The notes beneath the pieces were generated by a model that ran no database searches, was not told the DNA's origin, and saw only the letters and a program-made list of their open reading frames with translations. A stretch of 63,516 nucleotides of DNA, the filler included, from Dugesia japonica (Eukaryota), in assembly GCA_001938525.1 (NCBI GenBank). It is 5 parts of 5 records of this genome, joined end to end, with 100 filler letters (N's around TTAATTAATTAA, not from the genome) between each part and the next. Parts side by side here need not be neighbours in the genome. Positions count along the whole stretch, not along the records: positions 1 to 26,417 come from MQRL01563595.1; 4 more parts are not named here. The stretch is one strand, 5' to 3'. Shown piece after piece: positions 1 to 13,182 of this stretch (the first letter of the stretch is position 1; each line of letters begins with the position of its first letter). The translations under genes were made by a program, and so were the position numbers.

Positions 1-40
1 ATGTGTGCCACCGCCTATTTACATTAGAAAAATACAGCCT

Positions 41-120
41 CAATTATGTAATAATCCGATTACGTATAGGGGGCAGGGGGGGTACTGCATGTGTGCAGAG
101 GTTCTCCGCTACTATCTATA
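41..120. repeat. Candidate Polinton/Maverick terminal inverted repeat end (subtype A)
   Basis: About 80 bp aligns by eye with 39600-39683 (ttatgtaataatccgattacgtatagggggc...tgtgtgc...ttctccgctactatct). It ends in CGCTACTATCTA, as does 12920-12965. Polinton termini are known to be 5'-AG with short AGT-type repeats. Confidence 0.4.
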
Positions 121-1888
121 TTTTCGTCACCTAAGTTCTTTTTATTGGTTGTTATTTTTGGATTCCAAAATTAATGGTCGACCTTCAAACACTTATATCT
201 CCTTTCTAGTCCTGCTTTGACTTTTTAATTTAGATTTTTGAAATCTCCGATTTTTTTTGACCAGAATTTTCTAAATTGCTAATTTTGTCACCATGGGAAG
301 TCATATTTTCCTAAAATATTTAATTTTCTTTTAAAAATAAATCATTTTAATTCGTATGATTTATTTTATTTAAATAAATAAATTATTTATTTTATTTTCT
401 TCTTAAATATTAATTATATGTTCATTTTTTTGTTTTTCTGATCTAAATTTAATTTAATTTTGTCGTTTTTTTTCATTAATTAATTGAATTAATTCCTTTA
501 ACTTATTTTCTTTTTCACCGATTATTAGTTCAATATGATTTTCTTAGTTTTGCCTAATGAACTAATAGTTATTCATTATTTTCTTTATCCGGCTGATAGC
601 TTCTATTACTTCTTTTCTTCTTTTTGGCTTTCTTATTTCTGAATTATTTCTCGCTTTAATTTTAGATTTTGCTGGTTTTTACGTTGGTTTTAACTGCCAC
701 TCTTAGTTTTTCCTTTAATTATTTCTTTCTTTCACTGAACTATGAATTTCCTTTGTCTTAGTTTCTTCATTTGGTGACTATCTTTTCACTTTCGGCTTTA
801 CTTACCGCCAATTTTATTCTCCATACCAGGTATTTCACCCCAACACTATTATGACTTTTTATATCCTACAAGTAACAATATTAATATTTAAAATAAAAAA
901 TAGAAAAAATTTTGCCATGCTTGATTCTTCTGCTTGGGTTTAATTTTCGAGACAAGAATTCATATTTTTTATATTAAAAACGATTTTAAACTAAAAGTGC
1001 AGGTATTTAATATAATACTAAATACTGCAACTTAATGAAAATTTTATTTATAAAATATTTGTTATTATTTTGTTATTTTATCTATTATTATGTTATTATT
1101 GCATGAAAGTTTATTATTATTTTGACTCGTTTTATTATCAAAGATTTTTAAAATTATTGGGTTACTATGCTTTTTGATGTTGTTTGATTATTACTTTTCT
1201 GATTTAGTTTTCTGTATTCTCTAGCTTTAAAATTTCTTCCTTCTCTTGATTATCATTTCTGTCTGAGGGATGATACCTAGTAACCACATAAATTTGTGAT
1301 GCTTTCTTCTGCATCACGATCCCCAATTTCCGGATTCAGTGGGACTATGCTGTATCCAATCTTATGTACTGGATATGCACTGTCGCAATCAACACTCCTT
1401 CTCTATTTGCGTACGCTTTGATAATGTCGGCCATCGCTCGACAGGGCTGTGATTAAGCCAGATCTCTTTCTTTCAGCTTAGTATTAGTATCGCGTAGATA
1501 TGAATTCTTCCGATTCAGATCAACTATTTTAGCCAGCAGTTTTCGTTGGACGGTGCACCACTTCTTTTGAATATGAGCCAGTGATGTCTCAGTTAGTTTC
1601 CTTGTATTTGACACTGAAATTATTAGCGACATTATTTTATTTTATGTTGGTAATATTAACACAAGTTATACGCCCTTTCATTTTTATGTTTATCAGCGTC
1701 TGAAATTTTTAATGATTTCATGTTAAATTGTCAACGAGAAATTTTTTATTTTGAAAACTGAACTTCTTTATATTATTATAAATTGAGATTTATGATCATG
1801 ATATTTATTATTAATTTTATTTAAAACAACACATTAAAATAAAGTAGATCATAAGTAAGAACTGTATTGTGGATCACACAAGGTTTAA

Positions 1889-2378
1889 TCAAACAGCTGT
1901 CTCTATAGTATCTGTTTCATCTGATGGTGCGAGCATCTGCTGTAACACCGTTTCTACATTGCTAGTCAATTGATCAGATAGCTTCGAGTATTCCTCAGCT
2001 TCCAACTGTGTTGATCTCATTGATTGCATTAAGTGTCTCTGTTATTTTGCTAGCTCTATGGACCTGATCAATAGGAAGACGAGCTCCTTCTCTCGTTCTT
2101 GGTGCCTTTTGATGACTTTGGTGAACTGTAACTGATGTTTCTGTTCCTGCTGCTCAACTCGGATTTGTAGACTATTAATCCGTTAGAGCTGTTCGGAGAA
2201 TTGTTGTCTTTGCCGAATTATCTCGAATCGCATCTCTTGGATCTCTTCATTCTTTAAGGGTAACTGATCCTGAGTGATCCACCATAGATCGACATCTATT
2301 CCTTTTGTTCTTACTGAGTTCCACAGTGGTGGCATATCGTTGCATTGGTTAGTTGTAAATACCTGCTGGCTCCAATCA
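1889..2378 (-). pseudogene. Decayed Gln/Glu-rich coiled-coil ORF, unknown family
   Basis: Manual translation DWSQQVFTTNQCNDMPPLWNSVRTKGIDVDLWWITQDQLPLKNEEIQEMRFEIIRQRQQFSEQL*RINSLQ...TIETAV* stays in one frame for ~160 codons with two TAA stops. GC is higher than in the flanks. Confidence 0.45.
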
Positions 2379-3449
2379 TTGCCTAGGACAATAAATTAAT
2401 ATTTTTACCACAAATACAATCGTAACTAAATAAATAATAGATAAGATTCAAACATCGACAATCGTAATCATATAACTCTAGAAGAATATAGACAGGAGTC
2501 AACCACCCCTCACCAATGATTTAAACAATATTAACTCGATTCATTACCGTTTCACATCGTTTACGCAGGTGTAATTCTCACAACTTCACATCAGCTTTAT
2601 CAATTTGCTATCGTATGCATCTCTTATATTTCTCGTTATATTTTTCTTAGTCAACTTCAATATTCACCATACCTTTCATGATCACTTTTTTTCGAATAAC
2701 TCTTTGATCATCATCTACAAATATCTCTTTCGTAATCATCTATCGTCATCTCTCTTATCATCATATCGCAATGCCTCTCTTATTAACATATCTAATTTGT
2801 CTACCAACCGCTATCATAATCAAATCTTTCTTTCACAATCATCTATCACGACTTTTAACGTTATTCACTTCACAACTTTAATCATTATCATNNNNNNNNN
2901 NNNNNNNNNNNNNNNNNNNNNNNNNNNNNNNNNNNNNNNNNNNNNNNNNNNNNNNNNNNNNNNNNNNNNNNNNACCGGATCTCTAAGCCTTGATACTCAA
3001 CATTTCCAGCGCGGCTGGTCAATGATGATCATCACTTTAGTCTTCCATTCATAATGTCATAAATATTAATTATTAAATAACAATCTATAAATTTATTCTT
3101 TCAGAGATTTCCTTTCCGTTTTTATAGAGATAGTACGACTTGGAACTTTGAACAATAAGTTAACAAGCGTATAATTCTAATTTTTAAGAGATGATATTTT
3201 GTGATATCTGCAATGCCTTTTATACAAATTTTTATCGTCTTTTTTTCACATATTATGTAGATACCTACTGCACTTTTTGTAGAAATTATTGAATCGTGCT
3301 GTACTCACACGCAGATTCATTCACGATGAATAAATTTAGTCATGATTTTATTTTCATCTTTTGCTCGTATTTGACATGTGATTTTTATTTTTGCTGTATG
3401 ATTACCGGTGCTGAATTTACATCATAGCTTTTGCTTAGCAGTGTTTCTC

Positions 3450-3560
3450 GGTGCTCACCCGATACACAGATTATTTATTTGTAGATTATGTTAGGTGCTC
3501 ACCCAATACACATAATTTTTATTTTACCTGCAATGTGCGGTGCTCACGTGACACATATTT
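3450..3560. repeat. Three diverged ~45-bp tandem repeats (GGTGCTCAC...ACA)
   Basis: GGTGCTCAC at 3450, 3494 and 3539, each followed by similar ACAC/AT-rich sequence. Confidence 0.6.
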
Positions 3561-5439
3561 TCTAATAATAATTTCAGGCTTCAACGTGCACGGCTTCAGT
3601 GAAATCTATGTTCATTGAACCGGCACAAATGATTTTAAAAAATATAATAATATTTATTGATAATAATAATATTTTTTGAAACGTTGTTGAACGACTATAA
3701 ATAAAGATATCTACATGAGAAATTGTTAATAATTAAATATCATTAAATAATTTTTGTATAAAATTAACTCCTAAATCTTCTAGTATAATTTTTATTTCTA
3801 AACTCTATTTCTTACCAAATTTAATTATATTTATCAAATAATAATAAAATTAATAATATTTATTGTAAAATAATAATATTGTACACTCTAATTATTTTAA
3901 TACTTTATTTTACTAATATGATCTTTCCTAATTACATTATAATACTGATCTGTTTCATATCTCTTTCTATTGATGATTTTCAATTTTTTACTAAAATCCT
4001 TTATTATAGTACTTTGTTTTAATCATACTTTACGATAATAATATTTATTATATTTTAATCATTATTTCATCATAGTTATACTTTTATAACAGGAATATAA
4101 TTATAAATATTAATATAACACATATTCTAGTTCCAATTTCATTTTTACTTCGTTAATTATCATTTTCCTTTAATATTTCTGGTATAATGTATTCATTCCA
4201 TAATTATTTAATTATTATTCTTTTTATTTCGTGATCTTCATTTATTATTTAATTATTTTTCTTTTTATTTCTGAATTTATCATTTGAGCTTTCTTTAATC
4301 GGTCCATCACCTTCTTAAGCACTATTTGGTTTCAATTATTAATTTCCTCTTTTATTATATTTTAATTTAATAAACATTTGTTTCTGAGTTTATTTAATTC
4401 TTTCAAAATAATTTCATCTTAACTTTTCGTAGTATTTTCGAGCTTTTAATTTATTTCGATAATCAATGTTTACTTTTTTCTTTTATTCTGATTATTATTT
4501 TCTCTTCGATTCTCTGATTTTCATAATCTTTAATTTATCGATTTATTGAAACCGTTATTTTATTTATTCTTTATTATCGCTTTTCATTTTCCTATTTTCC
4601 CTTATTCCTTCATTTATTCTTGAGTGTTATTGTCTCTTCTTTTCACTGGTTTGTTTGGTTTTAATATTTATTTTATTAACTGGCCTGTTTCAGCCTAACA
4701 AAATTAATTTAAAATACCACAAAGTAATATATTTGTAATCTTTAAAATTAATTTGAAATTATCAAAATATTCACATACTTGAATCTGATTGGATAGATTT
4801 GAAAACCCTGGTAAAGGTAATTATTTTTATTACAATTTAAAAATTATTTTAAAATTAAAGTGAACATTTCGACAGAGCTAAAAGTAATTTATTATTATTA
4901 TTTACCATTATTAACTTTTACTTTTTAGATTCAAATGAATAATACATATAATCGAATTTAAAGAAGGTTTATTTCACCCATGAATACAGTTAGTTTGTTA
5001 TTATTAATTAATTAATTAATTTAGAATTTAAATGTTGCTAAAATGAGAGAACATACCCATAAAGACTGCCGGAACGAAGACAAAACATCAAGAATGCCCG
5101 AACAAATATTTTCATCAAAATATATTACTTACTTTAAACGTTAACTACCAACAAGTAAACCAATAATCTTCCCACTCGACCCAAAACTAGTACCATCATT
5201 TTGCGTCAACATCCACCCTTTCCAACTATTAGCAAGAAAAAACTATTGACTCAGAAAAGTTTTGATATTCAAACAAATATGCGCAATAATTATTTTAATT
5301 ATTTTCTCGAAATATTTTAAATTAAAAAAATTATAAATATTTTAATTACGTATATAAATTTGAAACCAAACAATTCAAATATTATTCTCACATCCCTTTA
5401 TTTAAGAAATCTTCTGATCTATTCAAACCAGATATTTTC

Positions 5440-7267
5440 GGTCATGCATCTTTTTTACTACTAAGAATGGACCTACAAAACAATCCTGATCCTTATTTCT
5501 GGTTTACTCCTTGATAAGCACTGCATCTCAAATATCGAATGTTCTCCTGGTTGGGTACGTAACCTTCGGAATATTGTGCACTGTACACATGTGCCACATG
5601 ACTGTCTTGAGAGAAAATCAGAATTGCCAGGTTTGTCGCTTTTTAGATACAATAAATTAATGTCTAATCCACTTAGATAGTTGATCCAATTTTGAAACTG
5701 TGCCGCTATAGGTTGCTTCATAGTTAACATAAACGTAATCGCCTTATGGTCTGTTCGTACAGTGAATCTTCGCCCATATAAGTAATGACTGAAATGGTTG
5801 CAAAAATAGAATACCGCAGCAGCTCCTTTCTTGTTATAGAATACCCCAATTCGTGGTTATTTATTGCATATGATCCATACGCTATTATCCTTTCTTGTCC
5901 ATTGTTGTAAATTAGTTATAATACAACACCAATTGTATTGCAGCTTGCATCCGTAGCAAGTATGAATTCTCTCCTTACATCCGGAAACACTAAAATTAGT
6001 GGCTTTGTTAACGCTTCTTTCATATTTCTGAATGATTGTTCGCAGCTTTCTGTCCATATTAACTTTTTATTATTTACACTGCACAGTTTTTCTAGTTCTC
6101 TAGCCTTCTTTTGCGTAATCTTTCATGAATCTTCTGTAATAGCAACATATCCCCAAGAAACTCCTCAATCCTTTCACGCATTTGGGACTTTTGTATGTCT
6201 CTATTGCAACCAATTTTGATGGATCGGTCCGAAAGTTTTTATAATTTATGATTTGTCCCAAAAATTTGATCTCTTTTCTTAGCAATTCACATTTTGACTG
6301 ACTCAAACGTAACCCTGATTGATGTATTTTACTAAATACTTCATCCAGTGTTTTGTAATTCTCTTCCAAGCTTTCTGAATATATTAGAATATCGTCAAAA
6401 TACACCGTTGTTCCATTTGTTATACCTAAAACCTTTGTCACGAGTTTCTGGATGCCCCAAAATCTGCCTCCAAACGGCATTTTATTGAAGCAATATTGAC
6501 CTGACTTTTTTGAAAAGGCTGTTTTATCTTTTGACTTCTCTTCTAGCTTCGCTTGATAGTAAGAATTACCTAAATCTAATGAGCTGAAGAATTTGGACCC
6601 GTCTAATCTATCCAGAATCTCTTCTACATTTGACATTGGAAATGTTTGTCTTTCCGTAATATCGTTCAGCTGTCAAAACTTCAGACAGAGACAAATGTCT
6701 TTCTTTTCTTTTTTTCAGATACATCCATGTTGATGTATTTTCAAATAGATTACGTACCCCTTTGTTTATCTTATCCTCTAGGTTCATAGGTGTCCTCCAC
6801 GGCTTAACATTTATAGATCCTCCTTTTGTTACTATTTTATGATTGACCAGTTTTGTTAATCCTATGTCCCATTTATCTGCCATAAATATATTTGAATGTT
6901 TTCTTATCAACTCTTTGATCGTGCCATTTTCCAATGTATTTATCTCACTCATAGCTTTTGACATCTTTCTTCATTTGTAATAATCCTTCCCAAATGCACC
7001 TCAATATTGCAAATGTGATCTTGATTAACTTTTTCCGCTGTATCTATCCAACGTAGTTCTAATCCAAAACTGGTATGCAACTTAGTGCCACCAATTATAC
7101 TAGGAGTTACATTCTCCATAACTATGAAATTAATCCATCTAGTCGTATTGTCGATCCTCACTTCCACCTCAACTCTTCCTTTGGTACACAATGAACTGTC
7201 ATTAGCATACCGTAGTCTGCCCTTGGTTGCTAATAATGGGACATCCTTGAATTTGTTAAACACATCC
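5440..7267 (-). mobile_element. Gypsy/Ty3 LTR retrotransposon pol fragment (protease C-term, RT, RNase H), degraded
   Basis: DKWDIGLTKLVNHKI, FFSSLDLGNSYYQ, YCFNKMPFG, VYFDDILIYS, LRSFLGICCYYRRF; frameshifted and stop-interrupted. Confidence 0.93.
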
Positions 7268-7739
7268 NNNNNNNNNNNNNNNNNNNNNNNNNNNNNNNNN
7301 NNNNNNNNNNNNNNNNNNNNNNNNNNNNNNNNNNNNNNNNNNNNNNNNNNNNNAAATCTCACAACTCTCCATAAATTTTATTGAATATTAGAAGTTTTTT
7401 TTATTAAAATGAAAAATTATGAAGATCAAGTCACAGTATTCAAACAAATAATATCAGAAATTTTAATAAAATATTTTTTCAAAATATCGATTTTACTCTT
7501 AAAGTATTTTACGAAACAATTTTTATACTTTTATAATTTTACCTAATATAAAATATCTATTTTGATTTTAAAATACTTTAATTTCATAACATAATTTTTT
7601 ATAATTTCAAAAAATTTATCTTCACTTTTTTCAAAATTATTTGAAAGTTGTAAAGATAGATTTCAAAATAATATATTTGTAATATATATATAAATTAAAA
7701 AATCTCAGACATTTAAAATCAATGAATCGTTCTTACAAC

Positions 7740-8752
7740 CTTAACTTCCCTCTTTAAATTTTTTAAAAAATTTTTCCACATTTCTTTTGATCATCTTGCC
7801 TTCTGAACTCTTTATCAGGTATCGTCTTTCATGAATCTGTTTTGTCATCTCGTATGGACCTGTGTATCTTTCTTTGTTGGTTGATATGTTTTCTGTCTTG
7901 ATTAGCAACTCGTCTTAAACTTGAAAATGTCTTTTTATTAGTGTCAACTCTTCAGATTCTTCCTTCTTTTCTCCATTTTTGAACCATCGTTCTCTATGTA
8001 TCTTCTTACCGGATATCAATGCTGCTGGATTTATGCCCAGAGTCTTCTTGCTTGTTGCATTTAGAGTATATTTGATTCCTGGTATTACCTCTGCCCAATT
8101 TTTATTCTTTTTATCTTTTAATGTTGTATTGTTGTAATCTCTGATCGTTCTGAATTGACGTTCTACTATTCCGTTTGTATTATGATGATATGGACTTAAA
8201 AAGCAAAGTGTTACATTCATTTAATTTTTCATCTCTTTGAAGGCTTTCAATTTGAAGATCTTCCCAAAATCTACATGTATCTCTTTTGGAGCATCAAATC
8301 TCAGTATTCATTTATCCATAATCGTTTTCCATAATCCATTATAGTTTTCTTTATTGATCCCTCATCTTGTTTAACTAGGGCAGTTAATCATATGTATGTG
8401 CTAAATTTTTCTATTATGTAACATATTTATCTTTTTCTTCCTAAGTTTTCTTGGAATGGCCCACAGATATCTTTTCTTGTTATAAAATATCCTTTCTCAT
8501 GAGCTGATAGTGCATGATTATTCTCATTCTTTCACTTTTTTCATATATTTGCAATAAAACTGCTCCGATGGCATCAAAACTCGAATCTGTATGTAGTACA
8601 AACATCTTTTTGATATCTGGAAAACTCAATATTGGATCTTTTGTTAATGCCTCTTTTATCTCATTAAAAGCTTTATCACAACTTTCAGACCACACCAGTT
8701 TGGCATTATTACTTCAACACAGCTCTTCCAAGCTTCTAGCTTTCTTTGAGTA
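7740..8752 (-). mobile_element. Gypsy pol fragment (RNase H joined to integrase core), internally deleted
   Basis: WSESCDKAFNEIKEALTKDPILSFPD..FVLHTDSSFDAIGAVL; SPYHHNTNGIVERQFRTIRD; a GPY motif near 7860. Confidence 0.9.
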
Positions 8753-8761
8753 AACGCCATC

Positions 8762-11700
8762 ATTGCTTGAAAAGATAGAAAAAAGAGAACCTATTAATGT
8801 AGTGCAGAGTTACGCGGGTGTAACACGTGAAGAACTTACTAGAGAAAGAAGACAAAATATAGAGAAAATTACGAAAGGAAGCAAACCATAGTGTTTGATA
8901 TGCCAGAGTTGTTGGCATACAAAAAGACAGTGTCCAAAAAACTATCATGTGTAATATTGGACTTGTCACAAAAAAGGGCATTTAAGTAGAAATTGTATAG
9001 ACAATAAACCACCAAAATGTTTTGGGTGTAGTAAAATTGGTCATATCAGAAGGGTGTTTACAGAAATTGTATGCGTTAGATGTAAAACACTGAGTTACAG
9101 AGCGAAAAAATTTTATTCAAACATCAATAAACCAAGACTAGAAAAGAGAAGATACAATTCTAAAAGCGGACCACAAACAAAAGAACTGAGTTGGACAAAA
9201 CCAATTCATGCTATTTGAGAAGAGGATGATTATGAGAATGAAGAGATATTTTCTCGGAGCATAATAGAAAATGAAGATCCAAGAAGAGAATACACAAACA
9301 GCATGGCTCTATCAGTAAAGAAGCTGGTCGGAGCCATTCAATAAACGAAATAGCGTTTGATTATTCTCAGGAGACTGAGAAATGGAATGAGATGAGCAAT
9401 GTTGGAAAAAGTTGACAGATTCCAAAAAAAGTTTCAATGATGTGGAAGTTAACAAATCAGAAGTGATAGAAACACTTGAAGAGAAACAGAACGTAGAAAT
9501 TTTGTATGATAAGATGCAAAGAATACCTAGCATTTCAGTGATGATCAAGGATAAACATTATCATTGTTTGTTAGATACGAAAGCAAGAATAAATGTAATG
9601 AGCATAAAAAATTTAGTAGACTCAGAGAAATAATATTAGAAAAGAGCGAAGAACAGTTCCAATATTAAAACTCATTGGAGACAATGGGAAAAATAAGTGT
9701 GAAAGTTGTAATTTCGGAGGTGTGCAAAGAAGTAACATTTATAATAGTAGAGAAATTAATACCAAATCCAATTGGTGGAGTGAAATTTCAAAATACCTAT
9801 GATTATCATCTGCAAAAAATGTGTAGGGTAGACATCAATAATCATCGAGAAAAATTTGTTTGCAACATCGAGGAAAAACTTGGCAGGCAGATTCAGACTG
9901 GTGAACGATTGAGACATGCAATGTAGATTCTAGAAATTATCAAAGATAATAGATTGACTGGGATTTTTCAGAATACTGAAAATGTATTTATGGCGAATAA
10001 ATGTGACATTGAATGTACACACTTAAAGAAGCATCGAATGATCACTAAAGGAGGTCCAATCAAATACATCCGTATCGCTAACCAATGAATCTAGAGGAAA
10101 AGATTGAAGAGGTTATATGGTAACGGTATCATACGAAAGTGTAATTCGCAATGAAATAAGCCATTAATCTGCGTTTAGAAAAATGAAAAAAAGGTTATGC
10201 GATTATGCTTATACTTTAGACAGCTCAATGCAATAACCGAAATACAAGCTTTTCTTAAGCTAAATGTGAATGAAATGCTGAATGCTTTAAAAGTTACACG
10301 GTATTTTAGCTCAATAAAATTGGGAAATGCATACTACCAAGTGAAATTCAGTGAAAATCCGGCTTTTTGACCTAACAAGAGCATTTTTGTTTCAATAGAA
10401 TGCCTTTTCGAATTGCAGCAGCACCAGGTACGTTTTAGAAAATGATGAATAAAGTGATCGAGAAAATAAAAGGAGCCATGGTTGATCTAGACTAGTGGTT
10501 CCTAACCTGTGGGTCGCGACTCCAACAGAGGTTGCCTGACAATTTTCAAGCGGTCACCTGAACCTCCTGAAAATTAATTTTTTAAATATAAAAATGTGTT
10601 TTTTGTAAACTTTATAAACCTTCTACTTTGAAAGTTATCTACTGTGATTAGGCTATAAAATTGACTGGTTTTTTAGAAATCAAATGCATAATAGTTATCT
10701 GCAAAAATGTAGTGAAGGAGGAGACACCCAATTAATTTTATTGTAGGGGTCGCCACAACTTGGGAAATGGTATCAGGAGCTCACAGCACCAGAAAGGTTG
10801 GGAACCGCTGATTTAGACAATATTCTCATATTTACTGAAACAAAGGAACAACACTATGAAATAGTCAATAAAGTATTGACAGAAATTAAGAATGCTGGTC
10901 AAAGAGTTAATAATGCGAAAAGAGATAAAAGTTGGGGTCATGTTATTAATAAAGAATATGTCAAAACAGATCCAACTAAAATAGAATCAATTAAGAACTT
11001 TAGTAAACCAAATTGCGTTAAGAAAAGGAGAAGCTTTATGGTAATTTGCAATTACTATCGCAAGTTTATTGAAGATTATTATTATGAAGATTTAATTTTG
11101 GACACAGATGCCAGTTTCGATAAAATTGAGGGAGTACTATCTCAAAGGGACAGCAATGGACAAAAAAAAGTAATTGCATATGGATCACACGCAATGACGA
11201 GTCATGAGAAAGGATATTGTACTACGCAAAAAGAATTAATCGCAATTTACAATTTTTGTATTCATTTCAAACATTACTTATTTGGGAAGAGATTTCTCTT
11301 CAGAACAGACCATAAAGCTATCAATTTTATACTAAATACTAAGAAACCGATCATATCACAGTTTTAAACCCGGATCAATTATTTGAGCAGTTTAAATATA
11401 AAATTGGAATATAAAAAATGATCGCTTCATACAAATGAGGATATGCTGTCAAGGAGTAAATAAGACACATGAATAATGTCTAATGTCACATAAAGATCCC
11501 AAGAGTAGAAAATTAAAAACAAGGATGTTAGATATTCAAGAAAAACAAAGAAATTTTGAAGAAAATGATGAAGGAACATGGATACTTGATGATAAAGTAG
11601 AAGAGGTTATAATGAAGATACACTATCTTTTGTGTCATGCTGGAGCAGAAAAATTAGCAGCGTATATGAAGTAAAAATAAAACGCGAAACATTTGTGGAG

Positions 11701-12320
11701 CAAAGTACAAGAGGTTGTCCAAATCTCTATAACATACCAGAAAGCTAAACTGTTAACAATAAAAAGAAAGGAAGAAACAAAAAAGAAGCAGCCAGCTGAA
11801 ATGTTTGAACTGTTATTTATAGATGTGTGTGGACCACTGCCGGAGAGAAAAGGTCGGAAAAAATATGTTCTCGGTATAATAAAGTATGTAGCCTTAATAA
11901 CAANGACAAGATAAGATGAGGATACCATTCGGAAAGCAATATTGGAGAAGTGGATATTAAAGTTCGTGTGTCCGAGAGAAATTAGAGTTTATAAAGAAGA
12001 GCATTTGAGTCTAAATTAATGAAAGATTTTGCAGATGAACATGGAATCACTCTCAGGTTTTCGAGTCCATTTCATCATAACACAAGTGGACAAATTGAGA
12101 AACAGTTTAGAATTTTGCAACACTTAAAGAAAGGAAAACCTCAGATTGGACGGATGTATTACCAGAGATAGAATTTGACTTAAATGCTACAAAACCAAAA
12201 ACCATTGGGAAAAGCCCTGCTGAAATCGAATTTGGTAAGAGAATTAGCAGCGAAAAATGGTATGAAACAAATAATCAAAGAGAGCTTTAAGAGAAAGACG
12301 AAGAGATGTTAACCAAAAGA
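8762..12320 (+). mobile_element. Gypsy gag-pol (zinc knuckles, protease, RT, RNase H, integrase), degraded, with a MITE in RT
   Basis: CFGCSKIGH knuckle ~9018; HCLLDTKARIN protease; ILDTDASFDKIEGVLSQ and FRTDHKA RNase H; IHYLLCHAG and FIDVCGP integrase; order PR-RT-RH-INT. Confidence 0.92.
10493..10810. mobile_element. hAT (Charlie/Buster-type) MITE, 318 bp
   Basis: TIRs TAGTGGTTCCTAACCT / AGGTTGGGAACCGCTG; 8-bp TSD ATCTAGAC (10485-92) / ATTTAGAC (10811-18); GGGTCGC subterminal motifs. Confidence 0.9.
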
Positions 12321-12628
12321 NNNNNNNNNNNNNNNNNNNNNNNNNNNNNNNNNNNNNNNNNNNNNNNNNNNNNNNNNNNNNNNNNNNNNNNNNNNNNNNN
12401 NNNNNNNNNNNNNNNNNNGGTAATTCGTGTTCTGATATTAATGATCAGATGAGTTTTACAAACTCATCTAACAATAAATATTTTCATATTTAAACAATTC
12501 AACGCTAAAATCTCTCATTTCTATAAAATCTTTTAAAATAATAAAGGAAATAACTAACAATTAAAAATAAAATAAAACAGAATTACTATTCAACTCTATT
12601 TATTAAACAATAAGACACAATAATTACA

Positions 12629-12859
12629 TCAATTTCGTCTAAACAAATAAAATAACAAAATGGATGTAAAAATTTTGAATCTCTTTAGTTTCTTCAATTC
12701 TTTCTTAATTTTGCCAACGAATATTGATTGGACAATAAGTTCAATATAGTCATTACTCATTGAACCATTTTTGAGCTTGCATAGCAATTGAATTTCGTCA
12801 ACGGATTCACTGTTAATTGTTTCTTTGCATGTTTTAATTTCTTTTTCAACTTGATTCAT
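12629..12859 (-). CDS. Small orphan ORF next to a candidate Polinton terminus
   Basis: MNQVEKEIKTCKETINSESVDEIQLLCKL... open for 76 codons; no recognised domain. Confidence 0.3.
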   Translation of the reverse strand: MNQVEKEIKTCKETINSESVDEIQLLCKLKNGSMSNDYIELIVQSIFVGKIKKELKKLKRFKIFTSILLFYLFRRN

Positions 12860-12919
12860 ATTGAGAATAATTTTAAATTGTAAAATGATTAAGTATATGA
12901 AAACTCGGACCAATTTAAC

Positions 12920-12965
12920 CTTGGCGGCGGGGGGGGGTGGTCCAGTGCGCTACTATCTATCTACT
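12920..12965. repeat. Candidate Polinton/Maverick terminus (subtype B)
   Basis: Reverse complement reads AGTAGATAGATAGTAGCGCACTGGACCACCCCCC; related copies at 31276 and ~40048. Confidence 0.5.
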
Positions 12966-13182
12966 CAGAAGATTTTGAAAAAGTGACTAATTCAAACTAT
13001 TCCCTGCAAGACGAAGTTCAAAAGGCTATTCAAGAAGTATTAAACAAAAAGGCTTTTTTGCAAACAAGTCGCTCTTCAAATTCCATGAAACAGAATTTTG
13101 GAACATATAAAAGAACTAACAAGAATACAAACAAATTAAATAAAAATATTGAATTAAAACAATTAATGGAATATGATGGTCT

